Shown here piece after piece: positions 1 to 7,637 of a DNA stretch of 64,000 bases. The first letter of the stretch is position 1. Each line of letters begins with the position of its first letter. A program made the translations under genes and the position numbers. Source of the stretch: Clostridia bacterium (GTDB lineage: Bacteria > Bacillota > Clostridia > Christensenellales > UBA1242); assembly GCA_045588915.1 (NCBI GenBank), contig JAZNFA010000007.1, positions 1,851 to 65,850 on the forward strand. The letters run 5' to 3'. The notes beneath the pieces were generated by a model. It did no database searches. It saw only the letters and a program-made list of their open reading frames with translations, and was not told the origin of the DNA.

Positions 1-147
1 ATGGCTGGTACGAAAAAAGACCATGCAAAATGACAATTAAATAGTATTAGTAAATTTTGTGAAGTGAACGGACCGCAACTCGAAAAATTAACGAAGAATC
101 AAATTCGGCCCGATTAAAAAAATAAAAAGTAAAAAATTGCATTTATG

Positions 148-196
148 GGCGTTAAAGAAAACAATGGCCACCGGTTTTCTTAGCGTCTTTTTTTTT
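148..196 (+). terminator. Intrinsic terminator/attenuator-like hairpin upstream of the Rep operon
   Basis: ggcgttaaagaaaac (148-162) pairs imperfectly with gttttcttagcgtc (174-187), followed by a T9 tract. Confidence 0.6.
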
Positions 197-219
197 GTCC
201 TTAAAAGGAGTTAAAAAAA

Positions 220-360
220 ATGCAAAAACCAACAATCGTAATTAAGAATGATTTAGATTTATCTCTGATTAGTAATGAGTTCATTGTGGCAATGCTGAAT
301 TTAATTCTGGAAGAAAAGGAACAAGGAAATGGACTACATCAAGACGAAAATTTACTTTGA
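220..360 (+). CDS. 46-aa hypothetical protein overlapping the Rep start
   Basis: AAGGAG RBS at 205-210, ATG 220, open frame MQKPTIVIKNDLDLSLISNEF...ENLL* ending TGA 358-360. Not in the ORF track. Confidence 0.55.
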   Translation: MQKPTIVIKNDLDLSLISNEFIVAMLNLILEEKEQGNGLHQDENLL

Positions 361-1207
361 TGGTAGTCATTACATCGGCATTCCCAAAACGGCTCAGTAT
401 TGGAAGAAACGTAAACACAAATCTAAACTACAAGCAAACGAAACTGAAAGTAAAGTTAGGAAATTATTAAAAGAACGAACAAACGAATCTAAACAAGAAA
501 AGACAGAAAGAATTGTTAAGGCATTAAATCAAGACATTAAGAACATTGAACACAGTAAAGCTATTGTAGATACAGTAATCAATAAAGAAAGAAGAAATCG
601 CATCGTGAGATATACCAGATTAAGTCGCAAAGTCGGACTTCAAAAGTGGACACACTTTTGCACATTTACATATGATTCTAATAAATTAACAGAAACTGAA
701 TTTAGAGAGAAATTTTTAAATTGTATAAGACATTTATCCAATCGTAAAGGTTGGAAATACATTGGTGTTTTTGAACGCAGTCCAGAATTGCAAAGGTTAC
801 ATTTTCACGGCATCTTCGTTATTCCAGAAATGGTCGGCGAAATCATTGAAACCAAAGATTATTCTACCAAAACCCACCAAATGCAAATCGCTCATCAAAA
901 CACTTTCTTTTTAACACGCTTTGGCAGAAATGATTTTAAGGTCATCGAAAATAATCTTCATTCACAGCAAGCAGTTAAGTATATGCTCAAATACATTCGT
1001 AAAACCGGCGAGAAAGTAATTTATTCCAAACACCTACAAACCTATTTTGTAACCGATGTTATGGAAGATGATGTAGTTTGCACAATCGGACAAGAAAATA
1101 GAAAGATACTATTATTTGACGATTTTAGATGTATCGATTCAACAAATGGAAAACTATTGGGAACTGTTAGTAAAGAGTTAATTGATAAGTTACCCAAAGC
1201 TTTTTAG
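329..1207 (+). CDS. Rolling-circle replication-associated HUH endonuclease (Rep)
   Basis: Motif I-like FCTFTY, HUH motif RLHFHG, catalytic YxxKY motif (YMLKYIRK). Confidence 0.75.
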   Translation: MDYIKTKIYFDGSHYIGIPKTAQYWKKRKHKSKLQANETESKVRKLLKERTNESKQEKTERIVKALNQDIKNIEHSKAIVDTVINKERRNRIVRYTRLSRKVGLQKWTHFCTFTYDSNKLTETEFREKFLNCIRHLSNRKGWKYIGVFERSPELQRLHFHGIFVIPEMVGEIIETKDYSTKTHQMQIAHQNTFFLTRFGRNDFKVIENNLHSQQAVKYMLKYIRKTGEKVIYSKHLQTYFVTDVMEDDVVCTIGQENRKILLFDDFRCIDSTNGKLLGTVSKELIDKLPKAF

Positions 1208-1208
1208 C

Positions 1209-1347
1209 GTCTTGTTTGCCCGGAGTATAAACGGAATTGTTGCTCGGTCAAGGGTAAAGTGAATCGCTAGCGACCCTTGACCGTTAAGAAAAATTACTAA
1301 TTAAAAACTTCATAACAATTCCGTTTAACTCGTGGCTGTCACAAGAC
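1209..1347. repeat. Nested inverted repeats forming a ~140-nt hairpin; candidate single-/double-strand origin
   Basis: gtcttgt 1209-1215/acaagac 1341-1347; taaacggaattgtt 1228-1241/aacaattccgttta 1314-1327; cggtcaagggt 1245-1255/acccttgaccg 1273-1283; TAGCGA at 1268-1273. Confidence 0.75.
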
Positions 1348-1375
1348 AAAACAAAAAACATAAAGGAGGTAAAAA

Positions 1376-2551
1376 ATGAAAACAGCAGTTGTGCACGCTC
1401 GGTACAGTTGCGATAATCAAACCGAGCAGAGTATCGAGGGGCAGTTAAGAGTCTGTCAAGAGTTTGCGAAGAACAATCAGATTTTGATTGTAGATACTTA
1501 TATTGACAGAGCAATGACTGGCACTAATGATAATCGCCCAGATTTCAAGCGAATGTTGCACGATAGTAACAAACGACAATGGGACTATGTCATAGTTTAT
1601 AAACTAGACCGTTTCAGTCGTAATAAATACGAAAGCGTTATACATAAACGCACATTAAAAGAAAACGGGATTAAAGTATTGTCTGCTATGGAAAACATAC
1701 CTGACACACCTGAAGGCATAATCCTTGAAAGTTTATTAGAAGGTATGAACCAATATTATTCCGCAGAGTTGTCTCAAAAGGTTAAACGAGGAATTCGAGA
1801 AACAAGATTAAAAGGTTATTTTCAAGGAGGTACATTATTATATGGTTATAAACTTGATGGCCGAAAAATAATTATCAATGAAGAACAGGCAGAAATTGTA
1901 AGGTATATTTTTGAGCAATATAAAATTGGTATATATGCGAAAGATATTGTGAATCAACTTAATGCAAAAGGTATTTTATTTAGAGGTAAAGTTTTTACGG
2001 ACGGTATCGTTTATAAAATACTTCAAAATGAAAAATACTCGGGGAAATATTATCATAATGATGAATTAGTAGAAAATATGTATCCAAGAATTATTTCGGA
2101 TGATTTATATAAAAAAGTTAGAGCAATATTAGGTAAAAATAAAAAAGGTTCAAAAAGTGTTAAGGTTAATTATTTATTAAAAGGAAAAGTAAAATGTGGA
2201 CTTTGTGGTTTGCCTATTAATGGCGAATGTGGAACAACAAGATTTGGTAAAACTTTTTATTATTATAAATGTTCAGGTCGTAAGAAAAGAATTAATAATT
2301 GTGCAAAACATTCAATACAAAAAGACATTCTTGAAAAATTCATTTTGGACAAAGTTATTGAAAAAATGCGTGAGCCACGAATTATGGACATAGTTGTTAA
2401 ATCGTTATTAGATATGCAAAATAAATTCGTAAACAATAATTACGAATTGACTATTATGGAAAAACAAAAGAAACAACTAGAAAATACATTGAAGAATATA
2501 ATGTCAGCGATTGAACAAGGTGTCTTTACCAAAACGACAGCAACTAGATGA
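1376..2551 (+). CDS. Large serine recombinase (resolvase + recombinase + zinc-ribbon domains), apparently C-terminally truncated
   Basis: N-terminal ARYS catalytic Ser, VYKLDRFSR, CGLCG and YYYKC zinc ribbon; stops in mid coiled-coil (SAIEQGVFTKTTATR*). GGAGG RBS. Confidence 0.9.
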   Translation: MKTAVVHARYSCDNQTEQSIEGQLRVCQEFAKNNQILIVDTYIDRAMTGTNDNRPDFKRMLHDSNKRQWDYVIVYKLDRFSRNKYESVIHKRTLKENGIKVLSAMENIPDTPEGIILESLLEGMNQYYSAELSQKVKRGIRETRLKGYFQGGTLLYGYKLDGRKIIINEEQAEIVRYIFEQYKIGIYAKDIVNQLNAKGILFRGKVFTDGIVYKILQNEKYSGKYYHNDELVENMYPRIISDDLYKKVRAILGKNKKGSKSVKVNYLLKGKVKCGLCGLPINGECGTTRFGKTFYYYKCSGRKKRINNCAKHSIQKDILEKFILDKVIEKMREPRIMDIVVKSLLDMQNKFVNNNYELTIMEKQKKQLENTLKNIMSAIEQGVFTKTTATR

Positions 2552-2554
2552 CTA

Positions 2555-2584
2555 TTGACTTTATAAAAGTATAAACATTATAAT
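2555..2584 (+). promoter_or_regulatory. SigA-type promoter for the cargo operon
   Basis: TTGACT-18nt-TATAAT directly after the recombinase stop. Confidence 0.6.
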
Positions 2585-2605
2585 GGACCAAAAAAGGAAA
2601 GGAAA

Positions 2606-3244
2606 ATGAAACAAAATATAATAGCACTATGTGGTCCCTCTGGTGTTGGAAAGGGCTATACTAAAAAATTAATTAAGGAGGCAATGTCAGGAGTAGAATT
2701 TTCAGAACCGGTTGTTGCTACTACTAGGGCAGCACGTCCCAGTGATGGACCAAGTAGACTTTCTGGATTAACGGAAAAGCAATTTATGACAATGGTTAAA
2801 GTAGGAATGATCGTGTTGCCACATAGACCTTTTGGTGAAAATACTGATTTGTATGGTTTTGTTTCTACAAGTCTACAAGGAAAAAATATTTTAACTGAAG
2901 TACATCCTTCCATAATAAATGAATTTATTGAATATTTTAATAATCAAAACATAATGATCTATGGTTTTAAGGCTTCTGAAAATTTTTTATTTAAAGTGCT
3001 TGAAGACCGCGGAGATACAAAAGATATAAAGTTACGTGTTGAAAAAAGTTGTAGTGAAGTAGCACAAATTGAGGAAGCTACAAAAAGCGGTAAAATAAAT
3101 AAAGTTTTTGAAATTAACCTTCAAAACCGAGACAATGTTCAAAGTCAAATAGTAGAAGAAATTAAAGCACAAATTATTGCTCCACATTTAGAAGTAATTT
3201 CCTTAGAAAAACAAGATAATAATTTTTGCGTACAAGTTTTTTAG
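2606..3244 (+). CDS. Guanylate kinase-like P-loop kinase (divergent)
   Basis: GPSGVGKG P-loop, TTRxxRP motif, LYG motif; NMP-binding region diverged. Confidence 0.7.
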   Translation: MKQNIIALCGPSGVGKGYTKKLIKEAMSGVEFSEPVVATTRAARPSDGPSRLSGLTEKQFMTMVKVGMIVLPHRPFGENTDLYGFVSTSLQGKNILTEVHPSIINEFIEYFNNQNIMIYGFKASENFLFKVLEDRGDTKDIKLRVEKSCSEVAQIEEATKSGKINKVFEINLQNRDNVQSQIVEEIKAQIIAPHLEVISLEKQDNNFCVQVF

Positions 3245-4350
3245 GAAAAACTTTTTCTTCTCCTTTGGTTATTGCATCAGGGCAATTAACTGAAAATATA
3301 ACGCAAATAGAAGAATTTATTAAAGCAGGAGCAGGCGCTGTTGTGCCAAGAACTACTCGGCTAGAAATGATAAGGAAAAAACATCCTTCTCCAAATCTTT
3401 ATCAAAGAAATGATTCATTCATTAATTCTCAATGGACTGGTAATGATATAGAATATTGGAAAAAACATTTTGATTATTTAAAAGAAAATTCAGAGAAAAT
3501 AATTATGAGCGTTTCTGGTAGAAATATTAAGGATTGTGTGAAAGTTTGTAAAGAATTAGATTTTTTAGGTTTTCCAGCTTTTGAAATTAATATAAGTTGT
3601 GCTGCAAGTAGTGGAGTTCATGGACAAATAACAAAAAACATTAATTTTGTAACTGATATTGTAAAAAATATAAAGGACTCAGGAGTTAATACACCGATAT
3701 CGCTAAAATTAGGACACTCAGATGGCATTTTAGAGATAGCTAATGCAGCAAAAGAGGCGGGTACAGATGCTATAACAGCAATAAATACATTTGGTCCCGT
3801 ATTCGATTTTGCAATTAGTAGTAATGGAAAACCAAAACGTATTTTAGGTATTGAAGGGGCAAAGGGAGGTTTGTCAGGTAGTGCCTTGTTTAATATTGCT
3901 TTAACAGATGTTGCTGAAATATCTCGTCAAGTGAAAGTGCCAGTGATTGCTAGTGGTGGTGTTATGTCTCCGGAGGATGCTGTTAAAATGATTATGTCGG
4001 GTGCTTCATTAGTCCAGCTTTATACTAAGTTGCATTTTGCTGGAAATAAAGCGCCTAATGAGTTTTCAAAATTTAATCAAGAAATGTTAAAGTTTTTAAC
4101 AGCTCATAATATTAAATCCCTTGAAACATTACGTGGTGAAGCCTTATTTTTGTTAGACTTACCTACAAATTTAATAAATTTGATTCCAAATGTTGATAAG
4201 AAAAAATGCAAAAAGTGCAAATTGTGCATGCAAATGTGTTTAAATAAAGCTGTTTATTTAAAAAATAATGATATCACAATTAATAGTGATGATTGTAAAG
4301 GGTGCGGACATTGTGTTTCGGTTTGTCCAGAAAATGCTTTAACAATATAG
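3226..4350 (+). CDS. Dihydroorotate/dihydropyrimidine dehydrogenase (PreA-like) FMN barrel with C-terminal 2x[4Fe-4S] domain
   Basis: IASG, EINISC, SLKL, AINT, GGLSG, IASGGV, GASLVQL motifs; CxxCxxCxxxC and CxGCGxCxxxCP at the C-terminus. Confidence 0.8.
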   Translation: MRTSFLGKTFSSPLVIASGQLTENITQIEEFIKAGAGAVVPRTTRLEMIRKKHPSPNLYQRNDSFINSQWTGNDIEYWKKHFDYLKENSEKIIMSVSGRNIKDCVKVCKELDFLGFPAFEINISCAASSGVHGQITKNINFVTDIVKNIKDSGVNTPISLKLGHSDGILEIANAAKEAGTDAITAINTFGPVFDFAISSNGKPKRILGIEGAKGGLSGSALFNIALTDVAEISRQVKVPVIASGGVMSPEDAVKMIMSGASLVQLYTKLHFAGNKAPNEFSKFNQEMLKFLTAHNIKSLETLRGEALFLLDLPTNLINLIPNVDKKKCKKCKLCMQMCLNKAVYLKNNDITINSDDCKGCGHCVSVCPENALTI

Positions 4351-4385
4351 TTGTGAATTAAAAAAATATATAATAAAATATTATT

Positions 4386-4922
4386 GTGGCACAAATTGAT
4401 ATTTATGATGAATCGATGAACTATTTAGGAAAAATGGAAAAAGTGCAAGCTCATGAGGAAGGGATGTGGCATAAAAGTGTTCATCTGTGGATAACCAATG
4501 GAAAAAGCGTTTTGTTACAATTGCGAGCTCCGCAGAAAAAAAGTTTCCCAAATAAGTGGGATATTTCTGTTGCTGGACATGTTGATGCAGGGGAAACACC
4601 GTTGCAAGCAGTTCAACGTGAATATCAAGAAGAACTTGGAATTGCTTGGGATTTAGGGGAATTAGAATGTGGTTGTATGTTAAAGAGCGGTACCATTGAA
4701 AACAATCAACCTGCTAAAGAATTCCTTTATTTATACTTTGTGAACAAAGACATAGATATAAGTAAATTGAATTTACCAGAAGATGAAGTTGCTGATGTAA
4801 AGTATATACCGTATGATGAATTTATCACAGAATTTATGAAAGATAAGAATGATTTTATTCCTTATCCAAAACATTACAAAGAAGCAGTTAAAAAAGGTTT
4901 GGAAAATTTAGTTAAATTTTAA
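4386..4922 (+). CDS. Nudix hydrolase (IDI type 1-like subfamily)
   Basis: Nudix box GHVDAGETPLQAVQREYQEELG; AHxxGxWH and LLQLR..K..FP..WD motifs. Confidence 0.85.
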   Translation: MAQIDIYDESMNYLGKMEKVQAHEEGMWHKSVHLWITNGKSVLLQLRAPQKKSFPNKWDISVAGHVDAGETPLQAVQREYQEELGIAWDLGELECGCMLKSGTIENNQPAKEFLYLYFVNKDIDISKLNLPEDEVADVKYIPYDEFITEFMKDKNDFIPYPKHYKEAVKKGLENLVKF

Positions 4923-4953
4923 ATTTAGCCATTATTTCGACTTTGTTAGAATG

Positions 4954-5028
4954 TGGTACTCCGAACGGGAATCGAACCCGTGATTACACCGTGAGAGGGT
5001 GTCGTCTTAGCCGCTTGACCATCGGAGC
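4954..5028 (-). tRNA. tRNA-Glu (CTC)
   Basis: Reverse complement GCTCCGATGGTCAAGCGG...ACACC-CT-CTC-AC-GGTGT...GGTTCGATTCC...TACCA; encoded CCA; TTGCAT-17-TATAAT upstream. Confidence 0.95.
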
Positions 5029-5085
5029 TTGATTAACAGTTGAATTATATGACAAAAAGCGTTATTATGCAATATGATTTTACCG

Positions 5086-6315
5086 ATGAAAAAAATTTGC
5101 ATTACAACTTTGGGTTGTGATAAAAATCGTGCTGATAGTGAAACGTTGGCAGGCTATTTGCAACGTGCCGGTTGTCAAATGGTTGCAGATGATGCTGACG
5201 CAGATATAATTGTTGTTAATACTTGTGGATTCATTAATAGTGCTCGTCAGGAAAGTATAGAATGTATTACGGAAAAATTGATTCATAAATCACACGCTCA
5301 ACTTGTTGTGTGTGGTTGTATTGTGCCCAATCACCGTCAAGAATTAACAGAAGGATTACCAGAAGTTGATGTCTGGTGGGAAACAAAAAATTATGAACAA
5401 CTAGCAGAATTATTGACAGGGAAGAAGGCTGAGGCTGGTAATAAGTTGTTATCTACACCTTCTAGTTATGTGTATGTTAAAATTGCTGATGGCTGTAATC
5501 GTTGCTGTGCTTTTTGTACGATTCCATCGATTCGTGGCAAATATTGTTCTCGCTCGATTGAAGATATTGTTGGTGAAGTGCGTCATTTTGCAGAATTAGG
5601 TGTTCCTGAATATATTTTAGTTGCACAAGATGTAACAATGTATGGGGTTGATATTGGTACTGATTTAGTTTCTTTATTGAAAGCGATTACAGCAGTAGAT
5701 GGAGTAAAACGTGTGCGTTTACATTATTGTTACCCTGAGTTATTAACTGATAAATTGTTAAAAGAAATTGCTGAAAATGATAAGGTTGTAAAATATTTAG
5801 ATATTCCTTTTCAACATTGTAACGAGCGAATTTTAAAACTAATGGGTCGTCGTGGCAGTGCTGAAATTTATCAAAAATTAATTCAAAAAATTAGGTCCGT
5901 TATTCCGGAAATTACACTACGTGCAACAATGATGGTTGGATTTCCGACCGAAACGGAAACTGAATTTAATGAACTGGTGGATTTTTTACAAGATGTGAAA
6001 TTAGACTATGTTGGCTTTTTTGCTTATTCACGTGAGCCTGGAACGCTATCGTATAGTATGGAACAAGTTAAGGCTGTAGTGAAACGTGAACGTTTAAAAA
6101 CTGTTGAAAAAGTTCAACAAAAAATTTTAGATGCGAAACATAAAAGTGAAAAAGGTTGTGTCGTTCGCGTGGTTTGTGATGCTGTGGTAAGTGGAGTAGC
6201 ACGCTGTCGGACCTTTGCGCAAAGCCCAGAAGTTGATCCGTGTATTTATATTGATGTATCGAAACAATCAGAGCCTTTTGTTGTTGGTGGGGAATACGAA
6301 ATAACGTTGGCCTGA
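5086..6315 (+). CDS. rimO: Ribosomal protein S12 methylthiotransferase
   Basis: TLGCDKN, NTCGFI, radical SAM CNRCCAFC, RLHYCYP, SPEVD. Start set at MKKICI (5086). Confidence 0.93.
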   Translation: MKKICITTLGCDKNRADSETLAGYLQRAGCQMVADDADADIIVVNTCGFINSARQESIECITEKLIHKSHAQLVVCGCIVPNHRQELTEGLPEVDVWWETKNYEQLAELLTGKKAEAGNKLLSTPSSYVYVKIADGCNRCCAFCTIPSIRGKYCSRSIEDIVGEVRHFAELGVPEYILVAQDVTMYGVDIGTDLVSLLKAITAVDGVKRVRLHYCYPELLTDKLLKEIAENDKVVKYLDIPFQHCNERILKLMGRRGSAEIYQKLIQKIRSVIPEITLRATMMVGFPTETETEFNELVDFLQDVKLDYVGFFAYSREPGTLSYSMEQVKAVVKRERLKTVEKVQQKILDAKHKSEKGCVVRVVCDAVVSGVARCRTFAQSPEVDPCIYIDVSKQSEPFVVGGEYEITLA

Positions 6316-6360
6316 TTAAGGTGCTTGCGTTAAACGCTTTATTTATGGTTTAATTGAAGA

Positions 6361-7584
6361 GTGGATACTTTGTTTGATAATTTACATCAAACGCAAAAGC
6401 CTTTAGCTGAACGTGTGCGTCCTTGTGTTTTAAGTGAGTTTGCAGGACAGCAGCATATACTAGCTGAAGGTAAATTATTAAGACGTTTGATCCAAGCTGG
6501 GCGTGTGCCGAGTGTGATTTTTTTTGGACCACCAGGTACAGGTAAGACTACTTTAGCGCAAATTATTGCTGATAGTTCAAATGCTAAATTCGTAAAACTT
6601 AATGCTGTATCTAGTGGTGTTGCCGAAGTTAAATCTGTTATGCAGCAGGCTAAAATAGATTTTGAATTAACAGGTAAAAAAACTTATTTGTTGCTTGATG
6701 AATGTCATCGTTGGAGTAAGGCTCAGAGTGATTCTTTGCTGGGTGCACTAGAAGCTGGTTATTTGATTTTGGTAGGATGTACCACGGAAAATCCAAGTTA
6801 TAGTATGACGCGAGCAATTGTGTCGCGTTGTACTGTTTTTGAATTTAAACGTTTAAAGGAAAACGATATTAAAAAAGTTTTAAAAAAGGCATTATTAGAT
6901 GAGCGTGGTTTGCGTGATTACAAAATACAAATTGATGAAGATGCTTTAACTTATTTCGCTACAGCTTGTGGTGGTGATGTGCGTAGTGCTTTGAATGGAT
7001 TAGAACTGTGTGCGATTACAACTAAACCAAATCCTGATGGATGTATTATTGTTGATAAAAATATTGCAGCAGAATGTTTGCAACAAAAAGCATTAAATTT
7101 GGATGAAACACTTTACTATCATATACTAAGTGCTTTTTGTAAAAGTTTGCGTGGAAGTGATACAACAGCTGCGTTGTATTATGCTAATCGTTTGATTGCA
7201 GCCGGGATGCAACCACAAATAATTGCGCGACGAGTAATTGCTCATGCAGCTGAGGATGTTGGTTTATCTGATCCACAAGCTTTAATTCAAGCGTGTGCTG
7301 CTTTATATAGTTTAGATAATTTAGGTATGCCAGAAGGTAATTTAGCGTTAACACAAGCGATAGCCTACGTATGTCAAGCTCCAAAAGATAATCGCGTTGT
7401 TGTAGCAATGCAAAAAGCTGAAGATGATGCTTTGAATTATGCAGACGATAAAATACCTGAATATTTAAAAAATCATACAGAAGCAAGTAAGAACTATAAA
7501 TATCCTCATGATTTTGGTGGTTATGTAAAACAACAGTATTTACCAGACAGCTTGCTAGGGCGAGATTATTTCCCTAAAAAATGA
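6361..7584 (+). CDS. rarA: Replication-associated recombination protein A (AAA+)
   Basis: PLAERVRP, GPPGTGKTT, DECHR, TTENP, KSLRGSD, EDVGL, YKYPHDF. Confidence 0.95.
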   Translation: MDTLFDNLHQTQKPLAERVRPCVLSEFAGQQHILAEGKLLRRLIQAGRVPSVIFFGPPGTGKTTLAQIIADSSNAKFVKLNAVSSGVAEVKSVMQQAKIDFELTGKKTYLLLDECHRWSKAQSDSLLGALEAGYLILVGCTTENPSYSMTRAIVSRCTVFEFKRLKENDIKKVLKKALLDERGLRDYKIQIDEDALTYFATACGGDVRSALNGLELCAITTKPNPDGCIIVDKNIAAECLQQKALNLDETLYYHILSAFCKSLRGSDTTAALYYANRLIAAGMQPQIIARRVIAHAAEDVGLSDPQALIQACAALYSLDNLGMPEGNLALTQAIAYVCQAPKDNRVVVAMQKAEDDALNYADDKIPEYLKNHTEASKNYKYPHDFGGYVKQQYLPDSLLGRDYFPKK

Positions 7585-7637
7585 TACTAAAAATTGATTG
7601 TCTAAAATGTTGCAATTGATATATACTAATTTTAAAT

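Larger units (their letters stand above)
1..4953. mobile_element. End of an integrated rolling-circle/serine-recombinase element abutting the 3' end of tRNA-Glu; the other boundary lies outside the window
   Basis: HUH Rep, large serine recombinase, origin-like hairpin and accessory genes end at the CCA end of a minus-strand tRNA (4954). Core genes resume immediately after. Confidence 0.7.

Noticed and set aside
1-147. Possible c-di-GMP-I riboswitch or other leader RNA upstream of the terminator at 148-196
   Set aside because: Only loose resemblance (tggt..gaaa..acca, gcaaaa); the conserved P1/P2 pattern could not be built and the window edge truncates the context.
2549-2570. TGA recoding or readthrough of the recombinase
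   Set aside because: In-frame TAA follows after four codons; rimO and rarA end normally at TGA, supporting the standard code.
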